Below, in pieces: positions 12,917 through 24,424 of a stretch of 64,000 bases of DNA. Within the stretch, counting starts at the first letter, position 1. Every line of letters begins with the position of its first letter. The DNA is from Candidatus Binatia bacterium (GTDB lineage: Bacteria > Desulfobacterota > Binatia > Bin18). The notes below the pieces were generated by a model. That model did no database searches and was not told where the DNA came from. It saw only the letters and a program-made list of their open reading frames with translations. Location: positions 4,256,001 to 4,320,000 of the forward strand of contig OY761159.2 of NCBI GenBank assembly GCA_963664395.2, read 5' to 3'. A program made the translations under genes and the position numbers.

Positions 12917-13333
12917 ATGACCGAACGAACACTCTCTATTGTGAAGCCTGACGCAGTCAAGAAGAATGTCATTGGTGAAATCCTACGCCGTTTTGAAGCG
13001 GCAGGGCTAAAAATTGTCACCACCAAAATGGTTTCTCTGAGCAAAGCCGAAGCCGAAGGCTTTTATGCGGTCCATAAGGAACGCCCCTTTTTTGGGAGCC
13101 TGACAGACTTTATATCCTCAGGTCCGGTTCTCGTATCCGTGCTTGAGGGTGAAGGGGCAATTCAAGCCCACCGAAAAATTATGGGCGCGACCAACCCTGA
13201 TGAGGCGGATGAGAGCACAATCCGGAAAGATTTTGCCACGAATATTGAACAGAACGCCGTGCATGGCTCCGATGCGCCTGAAACTGCCCGATGGGAGATC
13301 AGCTATTTCTTTAGTGGACTGGAACTCGTCTAA
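12917..13333 (+). CDS. ndk: Nucleoside diphosphate kinase
   Basis: [19 protein letters not shown]. Confidence 0.97.
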   Translation: MTERTLSIVKPDAVKKNVIGEILRRFEAAGLKIVTTKMVSLSKAEAEGFYAVHKERPFFGSLTDFISSGPVLVSVLEGEGAIQAHRKIMGATNPDEADESTIRKDFATNIEQNAVHGSDAPETARWEISYFFSGLELV

Positions 13334-13398
13334 GTCGTTTCGTCCGAGTCTTGTGCTCGACCCTTGAGCTACGCAGTGTGCGTGTCTGTCTGAGCGGT

Positions 13399-14427
13399 AT
13401 GGATCTCAAAAATTTCACCCAAGACGAGCTGGCCCATTGGCTGACTGCGCGCGGCCATAAATCTTTTCGTGCGCAGCAAATTTTGAAATGGGTGTATCAA
13501 CACCGGCTCACAGACGTGAGGCAGATGAGCAATGTCTCCCTGGCCCTGCGTGAAGAGCTGGCCCAACACTTTACCCTCGCGCGCTTGGATTGTAGCAAAC
13601 AAACCTCGGCGGCTGATGGGACGGAAAAATATCTGTTTACCCTTGCCGATGGACGCCGGATTGAGAGCGTTTTTATTCCAAGTGAGAACCGCCGGACGCT
13701 CTGCATCTCTTCTCAGGCTGGCTGTGGCATGGGCTGTCAATTTTGTGCAACCGCCCAGATACGGCCCGTGCGTAACCTCACCGCCGGGGAAATGGTCAGC
13801 CAAATCTGGGAAGTCCAGTACCGACGGCCACCGCACGAGGCGGTGACCAATGTCGTCTTTATGGGCATGGGCGAACCTTTGGCTAATTATGATCACGTAG
13901 TGAAGGCTGTGACCATTCTGACGTCAGCCTGGGGATTGAATTTCCCTCCCCGCCGAGTGACTGTTTCCACGGTTGGACTGGTCCCGCAAATGCAGCGTTT
14001 GTTGTCCGACACCAAAGCCAACTTGACTATATCCCTGACCGCAACGACGGATGCCGTGCGCGACAGGCTCATGCCGATTAACCGGCGCTATCCGTTGGCC
14101 ACGCTCTTGGGAGCCTGTCGGTCTCTCCCCAGAGCGCCGCGCAATCGGCTGACCTTTGCCTACACTTTGTTGAATGGTGTGAATGACGCTGAGGCCGACG
14201 CAAAACGCCTGGTGTTGCTTCTGCACGGCATCCGGGCCAAGGTCAATCTTATTCCGTTTAATCCTTTCCCTGGGACGCCGTTTTCCTCCTCGCCGCGGGA
14301 CCGGCTCGTGCGTTTTCGTCAAATCTTACTCGATCGGGGCATACATGCCAGCATCCGTGAAAGCCGCGGGCAAGATGTACAGGCAGCCTGTGGGCAACTT
14401 GCCGCGCCCCTGGAGCACGCGGCCTAG
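13399..14427 (+). CDS. rlmN: Radical SAM 23S rRNA/tRNA m2A methyltransferase RlmN
   Basis: CISSQAGCGMGCQFC, MGMGEP, AACGQL. Confidence 0.95.
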   Translation: MDLKNFTQDELAHWLTARGHKSFRAQQILKWVYQHRLTDVRQMSNVSLALREELAQHFTLARLDCSKQTSAADGTEKYLFTLADGRRIESVFIPSENRRTLCISSQAGCGMGCQFCATAQIRPVRNLTAGEMVSQIWEVQYRRPPHEAVTNVVFMGMGEPLANYDHVVKAVTILTSAWGLNFPPRRVTVSTVGLVPQMQRLLSDTKANLTISLTATTDAVRDRLMPINRRYPLATLLGACRSLPRAPRNRLTFAYTLLNGVNDAEADAKRLVLLLHGIRAKVNLIPFNPFPGTPFSSSPRDRLVRFRQILLDRGIHASIRESRGQDVQAACGQLAAPLEHAA

Positions 14428-14441
14428 GAAAAGAGGGAGTC

Positions 14442-15302
14442 ATGATCACACTTGGTGTTATTGGCGGCAGCGGGCTGTACCAGATGGACGGACTTGAACA
14501 CGGCGAGTGGGTGAGCGTTGAGACTCCGTTTGGTGCTCCATCGGATGAATACTTCGTCGGCGAGTTAGACGGCATACGCGTGGTTTTCCTGCCTCGTCAT
14601 GGCCGCGGACATCGTCTCTTGCCCTCCGAGCTGAATTTCCGAGCCAATATCTATGGGATGAAAAAGCTGGGCGTTCGGCGCCTGATTGCCGTCAGTGCGG
14701 TGGGCAGTCTGAAGCAGGAGATTGCGCCCGGCCATATCGTCATCCCGGACCAATTCATCGACCGCACCCGTGGACGCATCGGTACCTTCTTTGGCCGCGG
14801 CATTGTCGCCCACGTCGCCTTTGCCGACCCGGTGTGTCCGCTCTTATCCCAGTCTTTGGTTGAGGCCAGCGCCGGTCTGGATATAGCCGTTCACCCCGGG
14901 GGAACGTATATCTGTATGGAAGGTCCGCAATTTTCCACGCGGGCCGAGTCTCTGCTGTATCGCAGCTGGGGCGCTGACATCATCGGCATGACGAATCTCC
15001 AGGAAGCCAAGCTGGCGCGTGAAGCCGAAATCTGTTTTGCCACCCTGGCCATGGCAACCGATTACGACTGCTGGAATACCGAGGCCGGCGATGTCGTGAT
15101 AGAAGAGGTACTGGCAATTCTCAATAAAAATGTTGCAACCTCCCAACGCATTGTGCGGGACACTACCCAGCGGCTGTCTCCTGAGCAGGTGTGCGGCTGC
15201 GAAACCGCGCTCACAAATGCGATCATCACCGAGCGGGCTATGATTCCAGAAACGGTGAAACACGAACTTGAGCCGATTATTGGGAAATACATTAGTGGAT
15301 GA
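14442..15302 (+). CDS. mtnP: S-methyl-5'-thioadenosine phosphorylase
   Basis: GVIGGSG, RHGRGH, EGPQFSTRAES, TDYDCW. Confidence 0.93.
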   Translation: MITLGVIGGSGLYQMDGLEHGEWVSVETPFGAPSDEYFVGELDGIRVVFLPRHGRGHRLLPSELNFRANIYGMKKLGVRRLIAVSAVGSLKQEIAPGHIVIPDQFIDRTRGRIGTFFGRGIVAHVAFADPVCPLLSQSLVEASAGLDIAVHPGGTYICMEGPQFSTRAESLLYRSWGADIIGMTNLQEAKLAREAEICFATLAMATDYDCWNTEAGDVVIEEVLAILNKNVATSQRIVRDTTQRLSPEQVCGCETALTNAIITERAMIPETVKHELEPIIGKYISG

Positions 15303-15318
15303 ACACAGAGAGGCTGGA

Positions 15319-16218
15319 ATGAGTATTGTCGTTGTCGGTTCGGTCGCCCTGGATTCTATTGAAACGCCGTCTGGTCGGGCTGACGAAGTCCTGGGTGGCT
15401 CGGCGGCCTATTTCGCGGTCGCGGCGAGCTATTTTACACCTGTGAATGTTGTTGCCGTTATTGGTGAAGACTTTCCCCAAGATGCCAGGGCACCCCTGAC
15501 CGCGCCGAATATTAACCTGGACGGATTAGAGGTCGGCGCGGGACGGACGTTTCGGTGGACTGGTCGCTATCACGAAAATCTCAACATCCGAGATACGCTC
15601 GATCTCCAAATGAATGTGGTTGCGGACTTTTCTCCGCAGCTGCCCGCACACTACCGCCGCACGCCCTTTGTGTTTCTTGGGAATATCGATCCCGGTTTGC
15701 AAAGTCAGGTTTTAGACCAAGTCGACGGACCCCGCTTGATTGGCTGCGACACGATTAGTCACTGGATTGAGCATGAGCGCGCTACGCTCGAAGCCGTGCT
15801 GAAACGTGTCGATGTGCTGATCATCAATGATGAAGAGGCGGGCATGCTCAGCGGCGAGTCCAATGTCGTGAAATCCGCGCGCAAGATTTTAGACATGGGG
15901 CCAAAGACGCTGCTCGTCAAGCGTGGTGAATATGGGGTCGTATTGTTCTCACCCCAGTCGGTTTTCGCCGTCCCTGCCTATCCCTTGGAAGAAGTGGTTG
16001 ACCCTACTGGGGCTGGCGATTCCTTTGCCGGCGGGTTTCTCGGCTATGTGGCCGAGTCGAATGATACGTCTGAGGCCGGACTGCGCAAAGCCATTGTCTA
16101 CGGCAGTGTGGTTGCCTCGTTTACTGTGGAAGATTTCAGCTTGCGGCGTTTGCGCGCTCTGAGCCGGGATGACATTGAACAGCGGTATCGCCAGTTCGTG
16201 AGTTTGACCGAATTCTAG
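15319..16218 (+). CDS. PfkB-family carbohydrate/nucleoside kinase
   Basis: VDPTGAGDSFAGG signature. Confidence 0.9.
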   Translation: MSIVVVGSVALDSIETPSGRADEVLGGSAAYFAVAASYFTPVNVVAVIGEDFPQDARAPLTAPNINLDGLEVGAGRTFRWTGRYHENLNIRDTLDLQMNVVADFSPQLPAHYRRTPFVFLGNIDPGLQSQVLDQVDGPRLIGCDTISHWIEHERATLEAVLKRVDVLIINDEEAGMLSGESNVVKSARKILDMGPKTLLVKRGEYGVVLFSPQSVFAVPAYPLEEVVDPTGAGDSFAGGFLGYVAESNDTSEAGLRKAIVYGSVVASFTVEDFSLRRLRALSRDDIEQRYRQFVSLTEF

Positions 16219-16247
16219 ACGGTCAACGCTGAACCTCCATTCTTCTT

Positions 16248-17186
16248 ATGGACCTTTCCATCGTCATCCCAATCTATAATGAAGTCGATAATCTGCGTCC
16301 ACTGTGCCAGGGTGTCCATGCCGTATTGGCGCCTCTGGACTGGAGTTACGAACTCATCCTCATCGACGACGGAAGTCGGGACGGGAGTAGTGAACTGCTG
16401 GCTGAGCTGCACGCCGAAGACGATACGCTCAAGGTCCTCCGCTTTCGACGGAATTTCGGCCAGACGGCAGCGCTCGCTGCCGGGTTTGAATACGCCCATG
16501 GCGACGTGATTGTTTCGCTCGATGGCGATCTCCAGAATGATCCGGTTGATATTCCGCGTTTACTGGCAAAGCTGGACGAGGGGTATGACCTGGTGAACGG
16601 CTGGCGTATGAAGCGACAAGACCCATTTTTGTCCCGGCGTCTGCCGTCTCAGATCGCCAATAAGATTATTTCGTTAACAACCCGGGTCAAACTGCACGAT
16701 TATGGCTGTACGCTCAAGGCGTTTCGGCGCGACGTGGCAAAGGGCCTCAAGCTGTACGGAGAAATGCACCGCTTTATTCCAGCTCTCGCCGGGGACATGG
16801 GCGCGCGGATTGCCGAGCTTCCGGTCACCCATCATGCGCGCAAGCATGGAACATCAAAATACGGCTTAGCTCGGACGTTGTGGGTCGTACTGGATTTGCT
16901 CACAGTCAAATTCATGTCGAGCTATGCGACCCGCCCGAGTCATTTATTTGGCTTTCTCGGTCTGATTGCCGTACTCGTTGGAGGGGGAATAACGACCGTC
17001 CTGGGTATTCAACGCCTCCTGTTTGATGTGCAATTAGCAAATCGTCCAATTTTGCTCTTAGGAATTTTGCTGCTTGTCACCGGCGTCCAACTCCTGACGA
17101 CGGGCTTGATCGCCGAGCTGTTGTCCCGCACCTACCATGAGAGTCAAGAGAAGCCCGTCTACTGGATTAAAGACGTGTTAGAATAG
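16248..17186 (+). CDS. GT2 polyprenol-phosphate glycosyltransferase (ArnC/DPM1-like)
   Basis: IDDGSRD, RNFGQTAA, DGDLQNDP, two C-terminal TM helices. Confidence 0.9.
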   Translation: MDLSIVIPIYNEVDNLRPLCQGVHAVLAPLDWSYELILIDDGSRDGSSELLAELHAEDDTLKVLRFRRNFGQTAALAAGFEYAHGDVIVSLDGDLQNDPVDIPRLLAKLDEGYDLVNGWRMKRQDPFLSRRLPSQIANKIISLTTRVKLHDYGCTLKAFRRDVAKGLKLYGEMHRFIPALAGDMGARIAELPVTHHARKHGTSKYGLARTLWVVLDLLTVKFMSSYATRPSHLFGFLGLIAVLVGGGITTVLGIQRLLFDVQLANRPILLLGILLLVTGVQLLTTGLIAELLSRTYHESQEKPVYWIKDVLE

Positions 17187-17246
17187 ATACGGGTTGTCCC
17201 ATTTCCTCGCGTCGATACGCGAGCACGAGTTGTAAGGAGAAGAGTC

Positions 17247-18188
17247 ATCGCACGCATCTTAATCACCGGTGGGGCGGGGTTTATAGGCTCGCATCTATGT
17301 GAACGTTTTTTGGCCGACGGGGATGAAGTTCTATGTCTGGACAACCTCATTACGGGCGATATGGACAATGTGGCGCACCTGTTTGTCAATCCGCGCTTTT
17401 CCTTTGTCCATCAGGACGTGACGAACTATATTTACGTCAGCGGCCATATTGATGCGATTCTCCACTTTGCCTCGCCGGCGAGTCCGATTGATTACCTCGA
17501 ACTGCCAATTCAGACCCTGAAAGTGGGCTCGCTCGGCACACATAAAGGACTGGGGTTGGCCAGGGTGAAAGACGCCCGTTTCCTGCTCGCTTCTACCTCC
17601 GAGGTCTATGGTGATCCGCTCGTGCACCCTCAGCCAGAGGATTATTGGGGTAATGTGAATCCGATCGGCCCGCGGGGCGTCTATGACGAGGCAAAGCGGT
17701 TTGCCGAAGCCTTGACCATGGCCTACCATCGCAGCCATGGCGTGGCGACCCGTATTGTCCGTATTTTTAATACCTATGGTCCACGCATGCGCTTACGAGA
17801 TGGCCGGGTGGTGCCCAATTTTATTACCCAAGCGTTGCGGGGAGAAGAGTTGACGGTGTATGGGGACGGGAGTCAAACGCGGAGTTTTTGTTTTGTGGAT
17901 GATTTAGTCGAGGGGATCGTCCGCCTCCTGCGCTCGGATCGCACCCAACCAGTGAATCTGGGGAATCCGCATGAATTATCAGTTCGAGAATTTGCTGAGA
18001 CGATCATTCGGCTGATACGCAGTCCCAGTACGATCGCGTTTAAGCCCTTGCCGGTGGATGATCCGAAAGTCCGCCAACCTGATGTGAGTGTTGCCCGCCG
18101 GATATTGGAGTGGGAGCCCCGCGTCTCCCTCGAAGACGGACTCCGCAAAACAATTGCCTATTTCCAAGAAAAGCTGGCGGTTCATTAG
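17247..18188 (+). CDS. UDP-glucuronate decarboxylase family SDR; apparent ATC start
   Basis: In-frame (I)[15 protein letters not shown] upstream of the called TTG; [24 protein letters not shown]. Confidence 0.88.
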   Translation: MARILITGGAGFIGSHLCERFLADGDEVLCLDNLITGDMDNVAHLFVNPRFSFVHQDVTNYIYVSGHIDAILHFASPASPIDYLELPIQTLKVGSLGTHKGLGLARVKDARFLLASTSEVYGDPLVHPQPEDYWGNVNPIGPRGVYDEAKRFAEALTMAYHRSHGVATRIVRIFNTYGPRMRLRDGRVVPNFITQALRGEELTVYGDGSQTRSFCFVDDLVEGIVRLLRSDRTQPVNLGNPHELSVREFAETIIRLIRSPSTIAFKPLPVDDPKVRQPDVSVARRILEWEPRVSLEDGLRKTIAYFQEKLAVH

Positions 18189-18259
18189 ATTCCATCTCCA
18201 CATGGGAGAATGGGAGAGATGAGAAAGGCACAGTCGCCGAGCAGTGGAGGACGCAGCTC

Positions 18260-19174
18260 ATGAAGATAGTGGTAACCGGCGGGGCGGGCTTTATTGGCTC
18301 TCACGTGGCTGGGATCTATCTTGTAGCCGGCCATGAGGTCTGGATTGTCGACGACTTATCAACCGGCACACAGATCAACGTCCCTGCCGGCGCCCACTTC
18401 GTCCAAGCCGATATCGCGGATGAAGCGGTTCGGAGGCTGCTCGTTGACGAACAGATTGACGTGGTCAACCATCATGCCGCGCAAATGGATGTGCGTCGCT
18501 CGGTCGCTGACCCGCTGTTTGATGCCCGGGTGAACATTCTGGGACTGCTCAACATTCTTGAAGGGGCGCGGCAGGCCCGCTGTCGGCGCATTATCTTTGC
18601 GTCTTCCGGTGGGACGGTATACGGGGAACAAGAGGCATTTCCGGCAACCGAAGATCATGCCACCTGTCCGATTAGTCCGTATGGAGTCAGCAAGCTGGCG
18701 GGAGAGCGGTATCTGTATTTTTACCACAGGGAGTATGGCATCCCGTCGCTGATCCTGCGCTATGCGAACGTGTACGGACCGCGGCAAGATCCCCACGGCG
18801 AGGCTGGCGTAGTGGCCATTTTTGCCCAGCGCCTTCTGGCGGGAGAAACGATTACGATCAACGGCGACGGCAAGCAGACGCGAGACTATGTGTTTGTCGG
18901 CGACGTGGCCCAAGCCAACCTGGCCGCTTTGACTGCCGACTATACCGGCTCGATCAATATCGGCACGGGCATCGAGACGGAAGTGAATACCGTAGCCGAA
19001 CATTTACAGCGTATAACCGGCTCACGCGACCGTGCGCAGTACGCTGCGGCCAAGCCGGGCGAACAGCGGCGCAGTGCCTTGTCTTGGGATCGGGCCGCGG
19101 ACCTGCTGAACTGGAAACCGCTGGTACGGCTTGGTGACGGACTTGAGCAAACCGTTGCCTCCCTGCGAACATAA
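18260..19174 (+). CDS. NAD-dependent epimerase/dehydratase (UDP-glucose 4-epimerase-like)
   Basis: [28 protein letters not shown]; GGAGG RBS. Confidence 0.9.
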   Translation: MKIVVTGGAGFIGSHVAGIYLVAGHEVWIVDDLSTGTQINVPAGAHFVQADIADEAVRRLLVDEQIDVVNHHAAQMDVRRSVADPLFDARVNILGLLNILEGARQARCRRIIFASSGGTVYGEQEAFPATEDHATCPISPYGVSKLAGERYLYFYHREYGIPSLILRYANVYGPRQDPHGEAGVVAIFAQRLLAGETITINGDGKQTRDYVFVGDVAQANLAALTADYTGSINIGTGIETEVNTVAEHLQRITGSRDRAQYAAAKPGEQRRSALSWDRAADLLNWKPLVRLGDGLEQTVASLRT

Positions 19175-19175
19175 T

Positions 19176-20996
19176 ATGAACATTGAGCGGATTCGAAACT
19201 TCAGCATTATCGCCCATATTGATCATGGAAAATCGACATTGGCCGACCAGCTCCTATCCCAGACGGGTTCAATTAGCGCGCGTGAAAGCGGCGCGCAGTT
19301 TCTGGACACCATGGACCTCGAGCAAGAGCGCGGCATTACGATTAAAGCCCGGACCGTACGCCTGCACTATCAGGCTCAGGACGGCGCTGAGTATTATCTG
19401 AATCTGATTGATACTCCCGGGCATGTCGATTTTTCCTATGAGGTTTCGCGCAGTCTGTCCGCCTGCGAAGGCGCCATCCTGGTCGTTGACGCGACCCAAG
19501 GGGTTGAGGCGCAGACGCTGGCAAATACCTATCTTGCGCTTGACCGCCAGCTTGAAATTTTCCCCGTTATTAATAAAATCGATCTTCCCAGTGCCGAACC
19601 TGAGCGTGTTCGGCAAGAGCTCGAAGACCTCATCGGACTGGACGGCAATGACGCGGTCTTAACCAGCGCAAAAGAGGGCAGAGGTATCCCTGAGGTGCTG
19701 GAGGGCATCCTGCGGCTCATGCCTCCTCCCCAGGGAGACCCGAGTGCGCCGGTCAAAGCCTTGCTTTTTGATAGTTGGTTTGATCCCTACCACGGGGCCG
19801 TTGTACTCGTCCGGGTGTTCGACGGGATTCTGAGTCCTGGGATGTCCATTCGGCTCATGTCGAGTGGCAAAGAATATGAAGTCGGGCAGGTCGGTGTTTT
19901 TGCTCCGCATGCACAAGCGGTCAAAGAACTCGGGCCGGGGGAAGTGGGCTTTCTCATGGCCGGCATTAAAGAGGTCAGCGAAGCCCGCATCGGTGACACG
20001 ATTACGGCAGCCAAACGTCCGGCTACGGTCATGTTGCCGGGCTTTAAGGCGGCTAAACCCATGGTCTTTAGCGGCTTGTATCCAGTCGAATCGAAGCAAT
20101 ACGAGGCGATGCGGGACGCGGTCGAAAAACTCCGTTTGAATGATGCCGCTTTTTCGTACGAAAAAGAAACCTCGCTGGCGCTCGGATTTGGTTTTCGCTG
20201 CGGTTTCTTGGGCCTGTTGCACATGGAGATCGTGCAGGAGCGTTTGGAACGAGAGTTTGGCCTTGACCTGATTACCACCACACCAACAGTTGAGTATCAA
20301 GTTCTGACGCTTGATGGAGAAATTTTGCACGTTGAGAATCCGTCCCTTCTCCCTCCGGTGCAGGAGATCGAGTATATAGAAGAGCCTTTTATCCTGGCGA
20401 GTATTCAGGTGCCCGAAGAATATGTCGGGAATGTGATGAAGCTCTGTCAGGAGCGACGAGGGGGACAACGCGAGATGAAATACCTGGGGGCCTCGCGCGT
20501 CGCCCTGGAGTATGAGTTGCCGCTCAATGAGGTTGTGATTGATTTCTATGACCGGATCAAATCGATCAGCCGCGGCTACGCCTCGTTTGATTATGAATTT
20601 CTGGATATGCGTCCGGCCAACTTGGTGAAGATTGATGTCCGAATTAATGGCGATGTCGTAGATGCCTTGTCCCTGATTGTCCACGCCGATCACGCCTATT
20701 CTCGTGGGCGTGATCTCGTACGAAAAATGCGCGCCCTCATCCCGCGTCAAATGTTTGAGGTGGCTATACAGGCAGCCATCGGAAGTCGGGTGATCGCCCG
20801 GGAAACGGTGAAGGCCTTACGCAAAAATGTCACCTCTAAGTGCTATGGCGGGGATATAACCCGTAAACGAAAGCTGCTAGAGAAACAAAAAGAAGGCAAA
20901 CGCCGGATGAAACAGGTTGGGCGGGTGGAAATTCCTCAAGAGGCATTCCTTGCGCTGCTTCAGGTGGGCGAGAGTGAGACGCAACGGCGAGGCTAG
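19176..20996 (+). CDS. lepA: Elongation factor 4 (LepA)
   Basis: [40 protein letters not shown]. Confidence 0.98.
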   Translation: MNIERIRNFSIIAHIDHGKSTLADQLLSQTGSISARESGAQFLDTMDLEQERGITIKARTVRLHYQAQDGAEYYLNLIDTPGHVDFSYEVSRSLSACEGAILVVDATQGVEAQTLANTYLALDRQLEIFPVINKIDLPSAEPERVRQELEDLIGLDGNDAVLTSAKEGRGIPEVLEGILRLMPPPQGDPSAPVKALLFDSWFDPYHGAVVLVRVFDGILSPGMSIRLMSSGKEYEVGQVGVFAPHAQAVKELGPGEVGFLMAGIKEVSEARIGDTITAAKRPATVMLPGFKAAKPMVFSGLYPVESKQYEAMRDAVEKLRLNDAAFSYEKETSLALGFGFRCGFLGLLHMEIVQERLEREFGLDLITTTPTVEYQVLTLDGEILHVENPSLLPPVQEIEYIEEPFILASIQVPEEYVGNVMKLCQERRGGQREMKYLGASRVALEYELPLNEVVIDFYDRIKSISRGYASFDYEFLDMRPANLVKIDVRINGDVVDALSLIVHADHAYSRGRDLVRKMRALIPRQMFEVAIQAAIGSRVIARETVKALRKNVTSKCYGGDITRKRKLLEKQKEGKRRMKQVGRVEIPQEAFLALLQVGESETQRRG

Positions 20997-21008
20997 GGAG
21001 TAGCGGAT

Positions 21009-21749
21009 ATGGCCAGAGGAAAAACATCGGCCCACGGCTCTACAGGACCTGCAGGCTCTGTCGGTCTGGCGGACCGGCGAACAGGCGGCGGAGTGCTGTC
21101 AACGCCGACCAGCCAAAAAAAGCAGAAATCGGTCGTTCGTGAATACACGGAAGCGCTTCTCGTCGCGCTATTGCTGGCGCTTTTTATTCGGAGTTTTATC
21201 GTTCAGGCGTTTAAAATTCCATCCGGCTCCATGCTGCCTACGCTCCAGATTGGGGATCATATTCTGGTCAGCAAGTTTGCCTACGGACTGCGCTTGCCCT
21301 ATCCATTTGAGACCCTGGTGTTCGAATGGGCCAGACCAGACCCTGGTGACGTGATTGTTTTTGTCTATCCAAAAGATGAAACCAAAGACTTTATTAAGCG
21401 GGTCGTGGCGGTCGCTGGTGACGAGGTGCAGATTCGCAATAAGCAGCTTTTTGTCAACGGCGTAGCGGATGAGAGTATATATGCCCATTTTGCCAATCCT
21501 GACCGTATTATTCCCGGTCCACGTGACAACTACCCGCCGCTTCTGCCTGACGGGTCTATTGAGCCTGTGGTCGTGCCGCAGGGAAAATTGTTTGTCATGG
21601 GAGATAACCGGGACCATAGCCACGACAGCCGCTTCTGGGGTTTTGTTGATGCGCACGACGTGAAAGGCAAGGCCTTTCTGATTTATTGGTCGTGGGACGG
21701 GCAGGACCGCTGGGTTCGTTGGGAGCGGCTCGGGGCGCTCATTTATTAG
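21009..21749 (+). CDS. lepB: Signal peptidase I
   Basis: IPSGSMLPTL, FIKRVV, MGDNRDHSHDSRFWG. Confidence 0.96.
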   Translation: MARGKTSAHGSTGPAGSVGLADRRTGGGVLSTPTSQKKQKSVVREYTEALLVALLLALFIRSFIVQAFKIPSGSMLPTLQIGDHILVSKFAYGLRLPYPFETLVFEWARPDPGDVIVFVYPKDETKDFIKRVVAVAGDEVQIRNKQLFVNGVADESIYAHFANPDRIIPGPRDNYPPLLPDGSIEPVVVPQGKLFVMGDNRDHSHDSRFWGFVDAHDVKGKAFLIYWSWDGQDRWVRWERLGALIY

Positions 21750-21779
21750 AACCAGTATGAGAACCAGTATGAGAACCAG
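21748..21779 (+). repeat. 12-bp tandem repeat AGAACCAGTATG x2.7
   Basis: Seen directly between lepB stop and gspE RBS. Confidence 0.85.
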
Positions 21780-21790
21780 GAGAAGTCAGA

Positions 21791-23524
21791 GTGCCAAGGC
21801 TCGAAGACATGTTGCTTGAGAGTGGCAAAGTCTCCCAGGACGACTTGCGCCGCATTCAGCTCGTGCAGCAGGAGCGAGGCGAGACGCTTGAGCGCTTACT
21901 GGTGGAGCTGGGATTCATGTCTGAGGACGACCTCCTACCGGTCCTGGCTGAATACTATCGGGCTCCACTTATTAGTGCGCGTGACTTTCCGCAGCAGCCG
22001 CCGCCCTTATCTGATATGAATCCTGGTTTCTTTCGCCAAGCGCGTGTCTGTCCCTTGGCTGTTCAGGATGGCGGACTGACCATTGCCATGGCCGACCCTG
22101 GCGATTTCTACGTTATTGAGGCGTTAGAGAAGGCGACGAAGCTTCAGCTTACACCCCGCCTGGCGCGTGAGCGCGATATCCTTGAAACGTTGAGCGCCTA
22201 TTATGCCGAGGGTGTAACCGATGGGCAGTCCGCCGGTCAGGACGTTGGCGAGGTAGAGTACCTGGAAGATGCGCAAGAAGACGAAGAGCATCTTCGAGAC
22301 CTCGCGAGCGAGGCGCCCGTCATTCGGCTCGTGAATATGCTCATTGCACGGGCTATGGAGCAGCGTGCGTCGGATATTCATATTGAGCCGTTTGAAAAAG
22401 AGCTCCGCGTGCGCTATCGCATTGACGGTATTTTGCATGACGTAGAAGCGCCACCGCGCAAACTGCAAGCTGCCCTTATCTCCCGGGTCAAGCTCATGGC
22501 CAAGCTCAATATTGCGGAACGCCGCCTGCCGCAAGATGGGCGGATCAAGCTGCGGATGTTGGGTCGTGAGGTGGACCTGCGTGTTTCAACCCTGCCGACC
22601 CTCTATGGCGAAAGCGTTGTGCTGCGTATCCTTGACCGCTCGAGCATTGACGTCAGCCTTGAATCGTTGGGCTTTCCCGTGGACACCTTGGCCGCGTTTG
22701 AAAACCTCATTTTTCAGCCGTACGGGATGATTTTGGTCACCGGCCCGACTGGCAGTGGCAAAACAACCACCCTGTATGGTGCCCTGGACAAAATTAACTC
22801 ACCTGAGAAAAAAATTATTACGATTGAAGATCCGGTTGAATACCAGCTCAACGGCGTCAACCAGATCCATGTCAAATCACAAATCGGGCTGACCTTTTCC
22901 GCCGGGCTGCGCTCCATTGTGCGGCAGGACCCGGACGTGATCATGATCGGTGAGATTCGTGATTACGAAACGGCTGAAATCGCCATCCAGTCCGCCCTGA
23001 CCGGCCACCTGGTCTTCTCGACCCTGCATACCAATGATGCTGCCGGCGCGGTATCACGTCTCCTGGAAATGGGAGTGGAAGATTATTTACTGGCTTCGTC
23101 CCTGCTTGGGGTGATGGCCCAGCGGTTGGTGAGACACCTCTGTCCAACGTGTCGCCGTCCGGTCGAAGGTGGGGCCTCGCTCCCTCACCTAGAGCTCCAA
23201 ACGAATGGTCATAGGCCTGAACCCGTGATCTCGTATGAAGCCGGAGAATGCGAAGCATGCGCAATGACCGGCTACCGAGGCCGCAAGGGGATTTTCGAAC
23301 TCCTGCCAGTTGACGAAGGCTTACGCCAACTCATTCTGAAGCGCTCATCAGCCGACATGCTGAAGGGCCACGCAGTCGGGAAGGGGATGCGCACGCTCCG
23401 GGATGACGGCTGGCGCAAAGTCCGCGAAGGCGTCACCACGGTGTCTGAAGTGATGCGTGTCACACAAGACGAACAGTCTTCTTCCGAGGAGTATGGGTCT
23501 GATGTCAGAGGGGCGGCTGCCTGA
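21791..23524 (+). CDS. gspE: Type II secretion ATPase GspE (GspE/PilB family)
   Basis: ASDIHIEP, GPTGSGKTTT, RQDPDVIMIGEIRD, CxxC..CxxC zinc motif. Confidence 0.88.
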   Translation: MPRLEDMLLESGKVSQDDLRRIQLVQQERGETLERLLVELGFMSEDDLLPVLAEYYRAPLISARDFPQQPPPLSDMNPGFFRQARVCPLAVQDGGLTIAMADPGDFYVIEALEKATKLQLTPRLARERDILETLSAYYAEGVTDGQSAGQDVGEVEYLEDAQEDEEHLRDLASEAPVIRLVNMLIARAMEQRASDIHIEPFEKELRVRYRIDGILHDVEAPPRKLQAALISRVKLMAKLNIAERRLPQDGRIKLRMLGREVDLRVSTLPTLYGESVVLRILDRSSIDVSLESLGFPVDTLAAFENLIFQPYGMILVTGPTGSGKTTTLYGALDKINSPEKKIITIEDPVEYQLNGVNQIHVKSQIGLTFSAGLRSIVRQDPDVIMIGEIRDYETAEIAIQSALTGHLVFSTLHTNDAAGAVSRLLEMGVEDYLLASSLLGVMAQRLVRHLCPTCRRPVEGGASLPHLELQTNGHRPEPVISYEAGECEACAMTGYRGRKGIFELLPVDEGLRQLILKRSSADMLKGHAVGKGMRTLRDDGWRKVREGVTTVSEVMRVTQDEQSSSEEYGSDVRGAAA

Positions 23525-23557
23525 CCGGTCCGGCTGAGTCCGGTCGGAAGCGCCTAG

Positions 23558-24424
23558 GGCCTGTCATCAGTTAGTAAGAACCCTTGGGGTTTTCCTCCCC
23601 TGATGAGCTATACTTCTCGCGGTAGCCATAGCGAGGAGGGTTCTCAGCATGACGAAGCGGTATGCCCTACGGGATGACCAGTGGGAGCGGATTCGGGATC
23701 TCTTGCCAGGGCGAGAGGGCCATGTGGGGGGCACGGCGAAGGATAACCGCCGGTTTGTGGAAGCGGTACTGTACCGCTATCGTGCCGGCATTCCCTGGCG
23801 TGACCTCCCCCTGCGGTTTGGGGATTTCCGCGTGGTTCATACTCGGCATATGCGCTGGAGTACGAGCGGGGTGTGGGAGAAGGTGTTCAGGCACCTCGCG
23901 GCCGACGCCGACAACGAATACGCCATGATCGCTGCCACGATTATCCGGGCCCATCAACACGCTGCCGGGGCAAAAGGGGGGACCAAGAGACAGAATGCCT
24001 TGGCCGCTCCCGAGGGGGCTTGAGTACCAAACTCCATGCGACCTGTGATGCCCTGGGCAATCCGACCAGCTTCCATCTCACGCCGGGCCAAGCCTCGGAC
24101 CTCGCTGGCGCGGATGCGCTGCTCCCCGATTTGGTGAAGCACATCCAGGCCTTGCTCGCGGATACCGCGTATGATGCCCAGGAGCGAGTCCTTGACGTGT
24201 TGGAGAAGGCGGAGGTGACGATTGTTATTCCCCCCAAAACGAATCGACGCCAGCCACGCCCCTATGATACGCACCTCTATCAGGCACGCCATCTGATTGA
24301 AAACTTCTTCGCTAAACTGAAACAATATCGTGCGCTTGCCACCCGCTATGACAAACGCGCTGTCAGCTTTCTGGGAGCTATCTATCTAGCCGCCTCGGTG
24401 ATCCTCCTTAACTGATGACACCCC
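23558..24424 (+). mobile_element. IS5-family (IS427 group) insertion sequence, ~867 bp
   Basis: Terminal inverted repeats GGCCTGTCATCAGTTA / GGGGTGTCATCAGTTA; CTAG on both sides (23554-57, 24425-28); internal split transposase. Confidence 0.92.
23649..24415 (+). CDS. IS5/IS427 transposase encoded by two ORFs joined by a -1 frameshift; first DDE Asp apparently mutated
   Basis: ORFA GIPWRDLP..FG, RAHQHAAG; slippery AAAAGGGGGG 23972-81; ORFB GRSRGGLSTKLH, LADTAYD, IENFFAKLKQYR. Confidence 0.88.

Noticed and set aside
19659-20750. 363-aa minus-strand ORF (likewise 8439-9062, 1410-2036, 35561-36529, 43642-44349)
   Set aside because: Shadows of well-supported genes, expected from codon bias at this GC content.
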